DNA of 64,000 nucleotides from Camelus dromedarius (taxonomy: Eukaryota), in assembly GCF_036321535.1 (NCBI RefSeq), contig NC_087437.1:99946001-100010000 (forward strand), given 5' to 3'. Under the pieces are notes generated by a model. That model was not told the origin of the DNA, did not search any database, and saw only the letters and a list, made by a program, of their open reading frames with translations. Below, in pieces: positions 23,503 to 34,817 of the stretch. The translations under genes were made by a program, and so were the position numbers. Numbering within the stretch: position 1 is the stretch's first letter; every line of letters starts with the position of its first letter.

Positions 23503-24726
23503 ATTTAAATTAAAAGCTTGAAGGTTTTCATCTCTGGGCTTCTGGAACTGTGTTTCTGAAACTTCAGTCTTCCAGGTAGCTTTTATGAAAGCAAAATTAA
23601 CCTTTAAGAAGGTGATTAAAAAAACAATTGATGAGTAAAAGAGTTAAACTTTCAGGAAACAGTGACAGCATTCATTTTCTTCGCCAGCCAAGACAGACTC
23701 AACCATGCAATTAAAAGCTATTGAAGTGAGCTGGGTTCCTTGGTGAAACAACATTGCATAATATCTCACAGTGACTCTAAGTCATCACAGTGCAGTGGGT
23801 TAAAGCATTTTCCACTTGGAATCCAAGGCAACTTAAAAGGATTATTGATTTTTTCCTCTCCTTATAAATGAGACTCACATATTAGGAGTGAGAGCTGCAG
23901 ACACAACATAATGGCCTTTCTACTTGGCTTCTTTTTCCTAACATAAACAGAATTGCTTTCAGTGGTTAAGAGGATATTAAGCAGTAAATCTTGTGATTGT
24001 GTGTGTGTGAGACCTTCTGTACCTTGAAAGCAAAAATTAGCAACCACATTTTTAATTTGAAAAAGATCAGTTCTGTTCACTTAGCATTAGAAATCTCAGC
24101 ATGGAATTGTTGTGACCCCTCCTGCTCCGGTGTTGAAATGCCGTGTTTGTTCATGCCTCAGCACTAATACACAAGTTCAGCTTGAAACAATCACTTTATT
24201 GGAGACATAAGACCTTGCTTGACCTTGCTTTTGATGTAAGGTTTAAAATAAATCTATTGATTCCTGTCTTGTTATCTTAGAGAGAAAGATTTTAGAATAT
24301 GAAACAGTGGAGGAACCCATGTTAAAGTTGCCCCCAAACAAAAGCTATGGGGCTGTTAGTCGTTAAAATGAGATTTTGTTTTGTACCTGCCCGATTTCAC
24401 CTTTATGCTTTAATTAGGGGCTTTCTGAAAACAAGTTGAGGCTTGATGGGTTTCCTGTTTTTTGATGCTAGTTCCTTTCTCAGAGATTTAAAATAACATT
24501 TTCTCTAACTTTTCACTCTTTGGGGGTGACCTCTTTAAGTCATTTCTTTGTTTCAGAAGAGTCTTCTTTCTTTCTTTCTTTCCTGGCTATTCATTGAGAT
24601 TATCCTCTATAACTCTGGAGTACTTAACATGCTCCTATGTGGTCATCCACACTTACAAGTAATCAGGGATATTTTTATGATTTGAAAGTTACTGAGTAGA
24701 TACTCTATATAAACATATAATCCCCC

Positions 24727-24783
24727 AACACACACACACACACACACACATATACATACACACCCCCTACACACACACATACA
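24727..24783. repeat. Interrupted (CA)n microsatellite
   Basis: Directly visible. Confidence 0.95.
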
Positions 24784-24830
24784 GAGCCAGTTGTTATGTC
24801 TGAAGTTCTCCCACTGAAAATCTGTGGTTT

Positions 24831-24990
24831 AATAGGCAAAACATTCTCTGACATAAATCTTAGCAATGTTCTCCTGGGGCAGTGTACCCAGGCAATACAA
24901 ATAGAAGCAAAAATTAACAAATGGGAACTAATTAAACTTATAAGCTTTTGCACAGCAAAGGAAACCATACGCAAAACAATGTGACAACCA
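24831..24990 (+). mobile_element. Internal fragment of young L1 ORF2
   Basis: IGKTFSDINLSNVLLGQ..KINKWELIKLISFCTAKETI; similar to 5714-5875. Confidence 0.9.
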
Positions 24991-25074
24991 ATTTTTTTTA
25001 TTCTTTTGAAGTTCTATTTAGTATGGCAAGATAAGGAATGAAAGAGGTGATATTATAGCATACTCCACACATTT

Positions 25075-25645
25075 AAAAAATTAATAAAAGAATATTTTAA
25101 AAATTTAATGTCCATAAACTCAAAAATTTGGATGAAATAGACAAGTTCCTTAAAAGGCACAAAATGCCAAAACTCTCTCAAGAAGAAATAGATAACCTGG
25201 ATAGCCCTATATATTAAATATAAGGGACTTATTATTTAACACTCTTCTCCAAAGAAAAACCCAGTTCATGATGTCTTTACTGGTGAATTCTGTCCCGTAA
25301 TTAAAAAGGAAATAACACACATTCTCACAAACTTTCCTAAAAAACTGAAGAGGATGAAATACTCCTGAGCTTATCCTGTAAGGTCAAGGTTACTCTGATA
25401 CCAAAACTAGACAATGACATTACACAATTTTTTTTAATCAACAGAATATATCCTTCATAAACATAGATACAAATAATCTAAACAAAATTTTAGCAAGTGG
25501 AATCAACATAAGCATTCGATAAATTTATATAACATTCATTCCTGATAAAAAAATATCCATACTAGGGGTGGAAGGGCACTTACTCAAACTGATAAAAGGC
25601 ATCTATGAAAAATCTACAGCTAACATCATACTTAATGGTAAAGTC
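25075..25645 (+). mobile_element. Old L1 ORF2 fragment
   Basis: gatgaaatagacaagttcct...caagaagaaatagataacctg...tttactggtgaattct...ctctgataccaaaact...acagctaacatcatacttaatgg. Confidence 0.85.
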
Positions 25646-28600
25646 AGATTAGGAGCATAATGTGAACTGTGTTGCTGTCAGGTAAAAAACTAAGACTTTA
25701 TCCCACAGACCAGAGAGATGGTGAATTGATTTCATCTCTAATGCCAACTCTGATAAAATACATTGACAGGGATTATAAGACCACATTCAGCCTTCGTAAG
25801 AGAGTCTTGATAAAAGAGCAGTGTGAGGTGGTATGTTATTCCTGCTATAAGTAACAGGAAGTCACTGACTATTAGTGAGTATGGGAGTTGCATCAATGGA
25901 GAATAATGTAAGCTAAACCATGAAAGGATATATGAACTTAAACTGTGTTTTAGGAGAACATACTCATGAGAGACTGTAGAGTAACTCATGAAAGAAACCA
26001 TATGAAGCTATGTATTATAATGTACACAATAATAAAGTGTCTTCCTAAGAATTTAGAATGAAGTATACAAGATAGCTTATGTCTATGAGGATCAGAGAAG
26101 AGTTATGCCAAACCATACTAAATAACCAGATGGTCCTTAGACTGAGGCTATACAAGAACTCAATGGTAGATTTTGTCATAACTAAAGAAATAACTATTCA
26201 TCAAAAGGGGGTGCCAATGATTATAATTACAAAAACTAGAATGCCAACAAAGGAGGAAGTGTCAATCTATCCATCACTCTTCAAAGGAAAGGTCCTGGGC
26301 CATGAAAGAAATTGTCTGAAGCCAGTGGCCACTATGACTGTAAAGGTGGTACGAATCCACTAGACGTTCATAGCTCTGCAATGCTAGCCATTCAATCATC
26401 TGACCAACTCACCTTCCTCCGATTCTGTTCTTACCACCAACTTTTTAATTACCTTATGTGATTTTCATCATGTGATTTACCTTTAAAGTGAGTATTTTGA
26501 TTAGTGAGCTCTGATCTCTGGTGTGATTGGCTTTTATTATAAATTTTAAAACTAGCATTAAGTGCTATGTATTTATTTATTATGACTTTAGCCAGTTAAG
26601 TCCCAGAGCCCTCTAATTTCTACCCATATTAACTTTCACATTTCTAAAATCACAGAGCTGAGCTGCTCATCCTGAATTGCAGTGACTAGATGAAGATACC
26701 ACCACTACAGAAATATATAGCTCTATCTCACTGCTTATGTTCAAACTGTAACAGAACATAACGCACATTTGTTCCATACTAATATAAAGAAGTTAAAGGC
26801 AGAAGATATATCTAAGCAGAGTGAATATCTTAACACTAATTCTGTTGCCATGTACCCTGAACACAGGTAAAACTAAATTGTATAGCACTGTAAGAATAAT
26901 GCTATTATGTTTAAAAACAAAAGCTCTATCATATGCATTTGTATTTTAGGATTAAATTGACCATTATTGAAGATAAAAAAAAAAAACTGTCTAGAAATCT
27001 GATGACCTAACAAGATATATTTCACTTTTCCCCACCTCCTGGTATTGAAAAATAACATTTCCAAAAGGATAACTGTCTCACTTGAGTATAATTGTTCACG
27101 TTGCATTAATTTTTAAATAATTTTAAAAAGCAAATATTAACATATTCCCCTGTAAAAATATCAAACATATAAATTATTGTCTCTTTTAATCAACTCATTG
27201 GATTAAAAACAATTATTTTTGCAATTCTACCCTCCAGTGGCTCTTCTTCTTCTTAACTACCATGATATTTTTAAGGGCATCTCTTCACTAATGCTTTCCA
27301 CACATTAGCCTCATTTCAATTTTTCTGAAATTAAAAAATATATATGAATAATATCAGGCATGTTCTTGGCATCTGTACATCTTGAAGCTCACAAATGTAA
27401 TTCAAGATAAACTGCCAGAGACTCTGGGGAAAACAGATAACAAAACACTGAGTTGTTTGCCATCAGTCATGTTGATATAACATACATTCACTGAGAGAGA
27501 CATAATATCCTGCCAAGTAATTCTAGGAAAAAAGGATAAAAGCTTAACAGAACAATTACTGGAATATTTTTTCACCTATTAAATAGAGTGATTATGAGAT
27601 GACTACTTATTACCCCCAGAGTTGTTAGTATAGTACCTGGAGAAAGAAGTATGAGCATTTGTTTAGAAAGTGGTGATAAACCAGACCAGGATTGTATTTT
27701 CTTATGCGACCTTTGAGGTAGTCTTGAAATAATACAAAAACAATAAATTGACAACTGTCACACTTTCCCATGAGAAAAAGATAATCTTATCCTCAGGAAA
27801 TTTGGGGATAAAAATAAAATTTAAAAGTCATAATTTAAGGAAATCTCTGTACCATCTCTTTCTTCTCTTTGTCAATAAATCTACATATATCAGCTACCTT
27901 GAAAGAGTTCTGAGAAATAAGAAAAAGATGAAAAAAAGAAAAAAACTGTCTCATATCCAGTTCTGAGGGGGAAAAAAAATTCATCTCAAAGGCCTGGTTT
28001 AGTAGCAGTAGACAGTACTATTATTTTAGAATTTGCTGATGAGCTGGAGGCATTACAGAGGGCATCTGCATCATAGAACCAATAAAACTCATGTCCTCAG
28101 ATTCAATCATCAATTAGCCCTGGCAGTGCAGAGTATGTGCTTAGGGGGAACAAAAAATACATATGCAGAAGTTATGCCACACCACGCTAAAGTAAAATTT
28201 AATAAAAAATAATGGCTGTTACATGGCTGGAATTTTCTCCATTTAATTTCCAGACATATTATTCAAATGCTCAACTGACAGTTTGAAACCAGACAGCTAA
28301 AAACTCCATCTAGATGTGTCATGAACTGCAAATCCATCACGCTGAAAATTAGATTTACTACATATTCAGTTAAAAATGATTTTGAGAAATATTATGCTCC
28401 AGGCAATCTGTCTTTTCCCTCTCCCCATCCTTACTCCGTCTTTCGAACCTAAATCATGAGACAGGAGACGGAAAGGCTAACTATTTCTGGTTACCAAAGT
28501 TAGCTACTTTATCAAATAATTTTACTTCTTCTTTAGAAGTGTGAACATATTTAGTAAATAATTGCACAAAATAACCTTCTAACTTGGCCTGGTGTCTTCA

Positions 28601-29211
28601 GTTCTCTCCAACTTTCTTGTTTCGGAAGTTTCCTGTATCGGTATTGGTACAACATCTGAGGCCTCTGTTTGTTGAATTGGCTACCATGACTCTCCGTTAG
28701 GGCCAGGGTTTTAATTGACAACAACAGATGCAAAAGAATACAACTATCACACATGGAAAGAGTAGACTTTGTTTCTATCATAATAATTTTTGCATAATTG
28801 AGGATACACAAGAAAACCACTGCTTTAGAGCGGTATTTTACAACTTTGTTTATACCCAAAGACGGGAGGAGAATAAAAGATATGATAAGTGATGAATTCA
28901 GAGCATAATTTCTAAGTAGGATTCTTTCATTTCTTTCCTACTACTACAACCCACCTGTTATAACTGTTTTAATTTCCTGTCTGTGAATAAGCACATATGC
29001 ACACATACACTTTTTTTCCCCCACTGGAACCTAAAAAGGCTTTGCTCTATGTAAGACCTATAACAATTTTCACAATTATATTATAAGCTCTTTTTATAGC
29101 TTAGTTTTCTTCCACTTCACTTCAGAATAAATTGTTAGCAAGAAATACTTACAATAACCTGACCAAGATTTTAGAAAAATTAAACAAAAGAAAAAGAATA
29201 AATGTTACATC

Positions 29212-29496
29212 TATGACTTAGTCTACTCAGGCTGCTATAACAAAATTCTATAGACAGGGTCACTGAAACAAGACATGGATTTCTCACGGTTCTGGAGGCT
29301 GGGAAGTCTAAGATCAGAAGCCAGCAGATTCCACTTCTGGTGAGGGCCCTCTTCCTGCATTGTGAGTGGTCACCTCCTTCCTGTGCCCCTACATGGCAGT
29401 GACAGCTCTAGTGTCCCTTCCTCCTTTACACTGGCCTAATCCCATCATGAGGAGTTCAGCATATGAGTTTGGGGAGACACAATTCAGTCCATAGCA
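29212..29496 (-). mobile_element. MLT1A-type MaLR LTR, internally deleted
   Basis: ttagtctactcaggctgctataacaaaa...ttctggaggctgggaagtctaagatc...acacaattcagtccatagca. Confidence 0.88.
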
Positions 29497-29854
29497 GTCT
29501 TTGTATCGTATTTACTTGCCAAATTTATTACAACCTATTTTTCCCCTTTACAAATTACTTTTCAGGAGAAGAAATTTATAATACTCAGAAATTTATCAAC
29601 ACAGATCAAACTATTGGCAAAAAAAAATACTCTGAAAATATGTGCTATATTTATTTTATAACTAATGATTCAATATACAAAATTAATTCCTTTAGTATTT
29701 TTTAAAAGATTAGACAACTGTTTTTTTCCATCTCTAATGACAGTGTTTCTAAGTCGTAACTACTTAAGATGTGGTACCACTAGTGAAAGAGAAATGCATC
29801 AAATAGAAATATTACATGATTTATGTAAACTAGACTAAAGTAGTCAATGGACTC

Positions 29855-30210
29855 CAAATTTTAGCAGCTGAAGACAATTGGAGTTTATTTCTCAGTCATC
29901 GGTGTGTGCTCCTGGCTAGTGGAGACTCTTCTTAATGCTGCAAAAAGTTAGGGACTCAGACTACTTTCATATTGTGACTCTGCTGTGCCCTCAGGACTTC
30001 AATATCATTACCTGGCCCTAGGACATGAAAGAGAAGCATTCTTGCCTCTTAAAAGTCTTACATGGAAATTGAACACATGACTTCCACTCACAAGGTTATA
30101 CTCAGATGGAAAGGGGACAGAGAAATACAGTTCCAGGCTAGGAACAGCCATCATTCTATCTCCTGAAAGGGTGCATTCATTTTGCTAGATAGTAAGCTGC
30201 CTTTTCCACT
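29855..30210 (-). mobile_element. Old MLT1 (K/L-type) LTR fragment
   Basis: gagtttatttctca...agggactcagact...acatgacttccactcaca...gagaaatacagttc. Confidence 0.55.
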
Positions 30211-31332
30211 ATGATGCTCTGTAAGCATAGAAGTATTCATTCAAAAATAATAATTTTGGGGCAAGAAAGTAAAAAATTATTAAGAGTAATAAAAGCTTCT
30301 GGGAAGTATATATATTTGATAAATCTATATGGCATAGTTGTTCTATTTTGATATTTCTAAAAATTGTTTGAAGTTACTGCTTTGTTAACCAAGGACATCA
30401 ATTTATTCATTTTAGTGTTTGACCGAACAGAAATGTTTCAGAAACACACATAATGATGCAACAATGTGACCTTGATTCATTGTTTCCTAATCATGATTTC
30501 AAAAACATATCTACAGACAGAAAATATAACTGCACATCTGTTTCCAGGCTATTTTTTATTTGTATATCAAAAGCCAATAGGTAGCTAAGATCCTGACTAT
30601 GTAAACACTAGCATTAATAACTAGGATGGAATACCAATGAATTTCTCCCAAGTTTATTTACTGGTTATAAACAAGGAATTTCGATATCTATATCTCTAGC
30701 TGCAACCACTCACCCAAGCTCCAGATGAATTTCCAGTTGATTAATTAATGATTAATAAGTTCTTTAACAATATAATGCACTGCTTAGTCAAATTTAATAA
30801 GCCTAACATTGAATGTATCTTCTTTCCCTTGGAACTTGATTATCTTCAAATATCTTGGTAAATGATGCAATAATGAATTATTGGAGTTCATGTAAGAGGT
30901 GTCAGGTCCTTGTCAATATACTCTACAGGAAGGGCATCATAGGAAAACAGAATCACACAGTGGCCAAAGGAAAAAGAAAAGAAGGAATGCAGCTACCTAT
31001 ACTGATCAAGATAGTCCTTCAGGCATGATTATTAAACAGTCAGAGCAGGATCACTAAACATTTAAAGGGATTCAGCAGCAAGGAAGAGATGAAAGAATAA
31101 CAAATCAAATTGACCTTTAAATTAAAAAAGCAGTAATTCAAGATGAGAAAATGGTTGTATTTAAAATCCAATGATTATCCTAAATAGATCAACAGAATGT
31201 TGAGTTCATAACAAGAAACTGCTGCAGACATAAAAGAATAAGAAAACAAGGAATTACAAGGAATCCAAGTAAAAATGTAAGTTCCATTAAATCACCAAAT
31301 TAATATTTTCTGCATCTATAGGACTGCGCTAG

Positions 31333-31524
31333 TAGGGTTTCCAGATAAAGTGCAGGATTCTGAGCTAGATTTCAGTTTCAGGTGAGCAATGAGTAGGATT
31401 TTTTTAGTATAAGCATATCCTAAGTACTGCTTGGGGTATCTTTATATTAAAGGTCATTTGTTACTCTGGAGTTTGAGCGTGACTAGGTATCCTGTATTTT
31501 TATTTGCTGAATCTGGCAGTCTTA
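31333..31524. mobile_element. MER53-like hAT MITE with 8-bp TSD
   Basis: TIRs tagggtttccagat...atctggcagtctta; TSD tgcgctag / tgtgctag. Confidence 0.88.
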
Positions 31525-32087
31525 TGTGCTAGAAACTCCAGGAGTGAGGGGTGGATATCATATGCAAAAGGGGACACAAAGAAACTATAAAGAAAACTTG
31601 GATTTTTTTTAATGTTATAAGTATAATTTCCAGATTGAAAATTAAATTGCTGAGTACAAAAATGACTAAATAGCTAAAGACTCTAGCCTAACAGACAGGG
31701 TCAGGGAATTCTCTTATAAATTGGATCAAAAAAGATAGAAAGGAAAATCATGAGGAAAAAAATTACAGGATATGGAGACTAGATTAAACAAAGCTAGAGG
31801 TAGCACCAAGGAGAATGGAAAGGAAGGTTTTTTTAGAGTACCATGTTTTCATTTTACATAGTGAAGTTAGTAGAAACTTGTCTAAATTTGAAAATTCTTA
31901 CATAGAAATATAAATATATTTTAATGTGCTACAGGAAACCAATGGATGAATTTATAATAATATATTTATCAAGGTGAAAGAGAAAAATAAAAGGGATAAG
32001 AGAAAAAACCCTAAAATAATTCTCTTTCAAATGGGGATAATACAGTGACTCAAGATAAAGGTATTTATTATTTAGTCCTGTAGTGAA

Positions 32088-32510
32088 ATATTTAGTCTGG
32101 TTTTCTCCAAAGCAGAGCTTCAGACTAAGGCTTTAATAAATGCAATTTATTTGGGAAGTGATTCCAGGAACGAGAAAAACAGTGATTGAAACAGGGAAGG
32201 AAGAAAAGCAAATATATGAACGGGTTATTGAGTTGGCTACCACAACAGATGATTAAAACTCAGTTCTAATGCGTTTTCTGGGGAGCATTAGAAAAATTAT
32301 TTCACATTAATCTCCCAGGAAATGAAACAGGAAGGCATTTATCCATCTACTCCCAGGCCCCCTGGTAAAGCCAACAATGTGTTCTATCTAATGTCAACAT
32401 AATCAAGACTCTGATCAAAAGCAAAAGACCTCAGGCAAGTGAATGTCTACAGTTGTCCTTTCTGTGAAAGCAAGCTGAATTTAATCCTCTGTTGATTGGC
32501 ATTAAGAAGA
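32088..32510 (-). mobile_element. LTR33-like ERVL LTR (putative 3' LTR)
   Basis: aagcagagcttcagactaagg...tttatttgggaagtgattccagga...acagggaaggaagaaaagc...atttatccatctactccc. Confidence 0.7.
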
Positions 32511-34817
32511 TTACATTCACCAAATTAATAGCTATATATGAAGTGCTAGAGGTTGTGTTTATGTTTTTTAGTGAAGATACCATACCCAACAAAGAAATTG
32601 AGAGCTGGGTACCATTTGTTTAACTCTATGTTATTGCATCACAATGTCATGATCAATTTGTGTTTGCAGGGGCCACAGAGGTAGATTAAATGGAGATATG
32701 ATTCCTCTCTCCACAATCCTTTAAATCCTTCATGGCAGCACTACTCTATGAAGTTCTTTTGGGGATGTATTGCTGCTTCTGATTTTTTTTGTTTGTTTTT
32801 GCTGGGAGAGAAGAAGCAGATTAAGGGGTATCCACTTGACCCTTCCTACAATGATGGCTCTTACTTCACAGATCAGGAAATAAATTTCAGAGTTTTGCCA
32901 GTCATAAAATATACACTCAGTAGCCATGGAAATATGCTCAGAGTGCATACATGGACCACTGAGTTAATCAAGAAAATAACTTGAGCCAGAGTTCCATTTA
33001 TACCCTGGACTCCATTAGCCCCACTTTATCCAGAAGACCTTAATGGCGTTTTGGGTAATTTGGTATCAGTGTTATCTCAGATCTTTATTCAAACAGTCCT
33101 CATGGAGTCTAGGTATTACCCTTTCCCCAGAAGAGCTACTGTGGTAAATAACTACAGCCATCTGGGGAAAGATTAGAATTTCTCTCAGAATTGTATATGT
33201 TGCTATTGCAAAGATTTTTCTCAGTGCAATCTGGCCTCTTTTCAATCAGTGGGTTCTGGGTGTGTGAAGTGACTTATGTTTGGAAACTGGGTGAGACACT
33301 GTGATTTTTTCCTTTGCAGTCTCTAACTAACTTCAGACTTCTGCTCACCAGAAATTCTATTTTTGTTGTTCTTGTTAATGTAAGTCAAAAAGTACTATAC
33401 TTGACTGATCGTCTATCAAGCACTGTGGGATACCATAATCCATTAGTTTTGCCCAGAATTCACTGTGAGACAAAATATCCTGATTGTTTTCCCCTAGCAA
33501 GCTGACTCTTTGCTAGCACTGATAATTTAGGGAAATCCGGGTATTTAGTATTTTCAATTCTGCTGCACATTTTCAGTAATTATATCTAATTATGTGCTTC
33601 AAGCTGGCATCCACCTTTCTTGAATCCCATGTTCTTTATTATAGGGACCCCAGTCTCACAGCATTGTCTTCCACTCCTAATCCCAACCTACAGATGTTAA
33701 CTACCACTGATTCTCCAAGAAGCTCATATCTGTCTCACTAGTACATTTCTTATTGTCTAGGCAAAGAGAATGTCTTCTGGAACCTCCTGGGATACAGTTA
33801 GTAGATAGGTTCTCTGGCCTCACATAGTAAAACCATTCAAACATGCCCATTTCCCTGAGGTTTCCAGCCCCTTTTTTAATGTCATGTTAAAGCTGTCTCA
33901 GTATCTCCATTTTATTATTGAAGACCATTGTTATGTCCAATCTATGAGAAGCCATTCCAAGGCATATCTGAATAGGTTAAACTTACCAGGGCTTCAGAAC
34001 TTGGCCCCCATGCCAGTAAGTTTTTCCCTACCCAGGTTTATCATTTAGTCCTTGAATTCTGACATCCTCAAGAGTCCACACATTTTCCTCTGGTTTCTCA
34101 TGACACACGTTAGCCAAATCTTGCAAGTACTTTGGTTTGTGAGCTATTTTCTTACCATAGCAAGAACTTCATTTCATAGCTAAGGCTATGTTCAGCTCTT
34201 ATCACCATGTGGGCTGGAGGAAATGGGGAATGGTGAAGGCGGAAGTTGCAGACTTTATAAAACATCAAGTTCTGAGATGCTGGTCTTGGTTGAGGATTTC
34301 TTAGGTTCTCCAAGCAAGAGTAGTCATTTTTTCCCCTCTAGTAGGCAGATTCTTTGCTAGCACAGAAAATTAGGGGAAACCTGGCTGTTCAATAGTGCCA
34401 GATTTGCCAGCCATAATGTCTTCTTCCTACGTTTCTGGCTCACAGTCCCTTCTCATCAAGGCCTTGTTTCTGACATAAGGGAACTGTCAAGGCCATGCAT
34501 TCTGCATCGCTCCACTACACTTACAATTAGATGCTGGGCCTAATTTTCAGAACAATGTTTCCTGCAAATATAGGTAAAAATGTCCTTAGAAGCTGCCATA
34601 CAGCAGCTCTGGCTTTGGCAGTATGCCTTGGGTTGATCATTAACTAATATGAACTAGTCATTTCCTTTTTGCAGTGCATCCAAAGCAGTTTACGATAGCC
34701 AGACAGCTCCACACCCCTTAGAATTTCCATCGTTCCCTTTCATTCAAGAGCAACAGTTTCTGCGTAACTCAACACTTTCTCGTCCCCCTACACTTTTATT
34801 TGAATCCATCACAGGTG
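32511..34817 (-). mobile_element. Degraded ERVL (class III) internal gag/pro/pol region
   Basis: ORF 32730-32948 WQNSEIYFLICEVRAIIVGRVKWIPLNL resembles the ERVL pro/pol segment WQNPHIGSLTCGVRAIMVGKAKWKPLEL; lies between two LTR33-like repeats. Confidence 0.75.

Noticed and set aside
23767..23825. Two CACAGTG heptamers as RSS
   Set aside because: No nonamer at 12 or 23 nt from either.
31000..32060. Possible HAL1/old L1 ORF1 remnant around the MER53
   Set aside because: Only purine-rich composition and weak resemblance; not enough to call.
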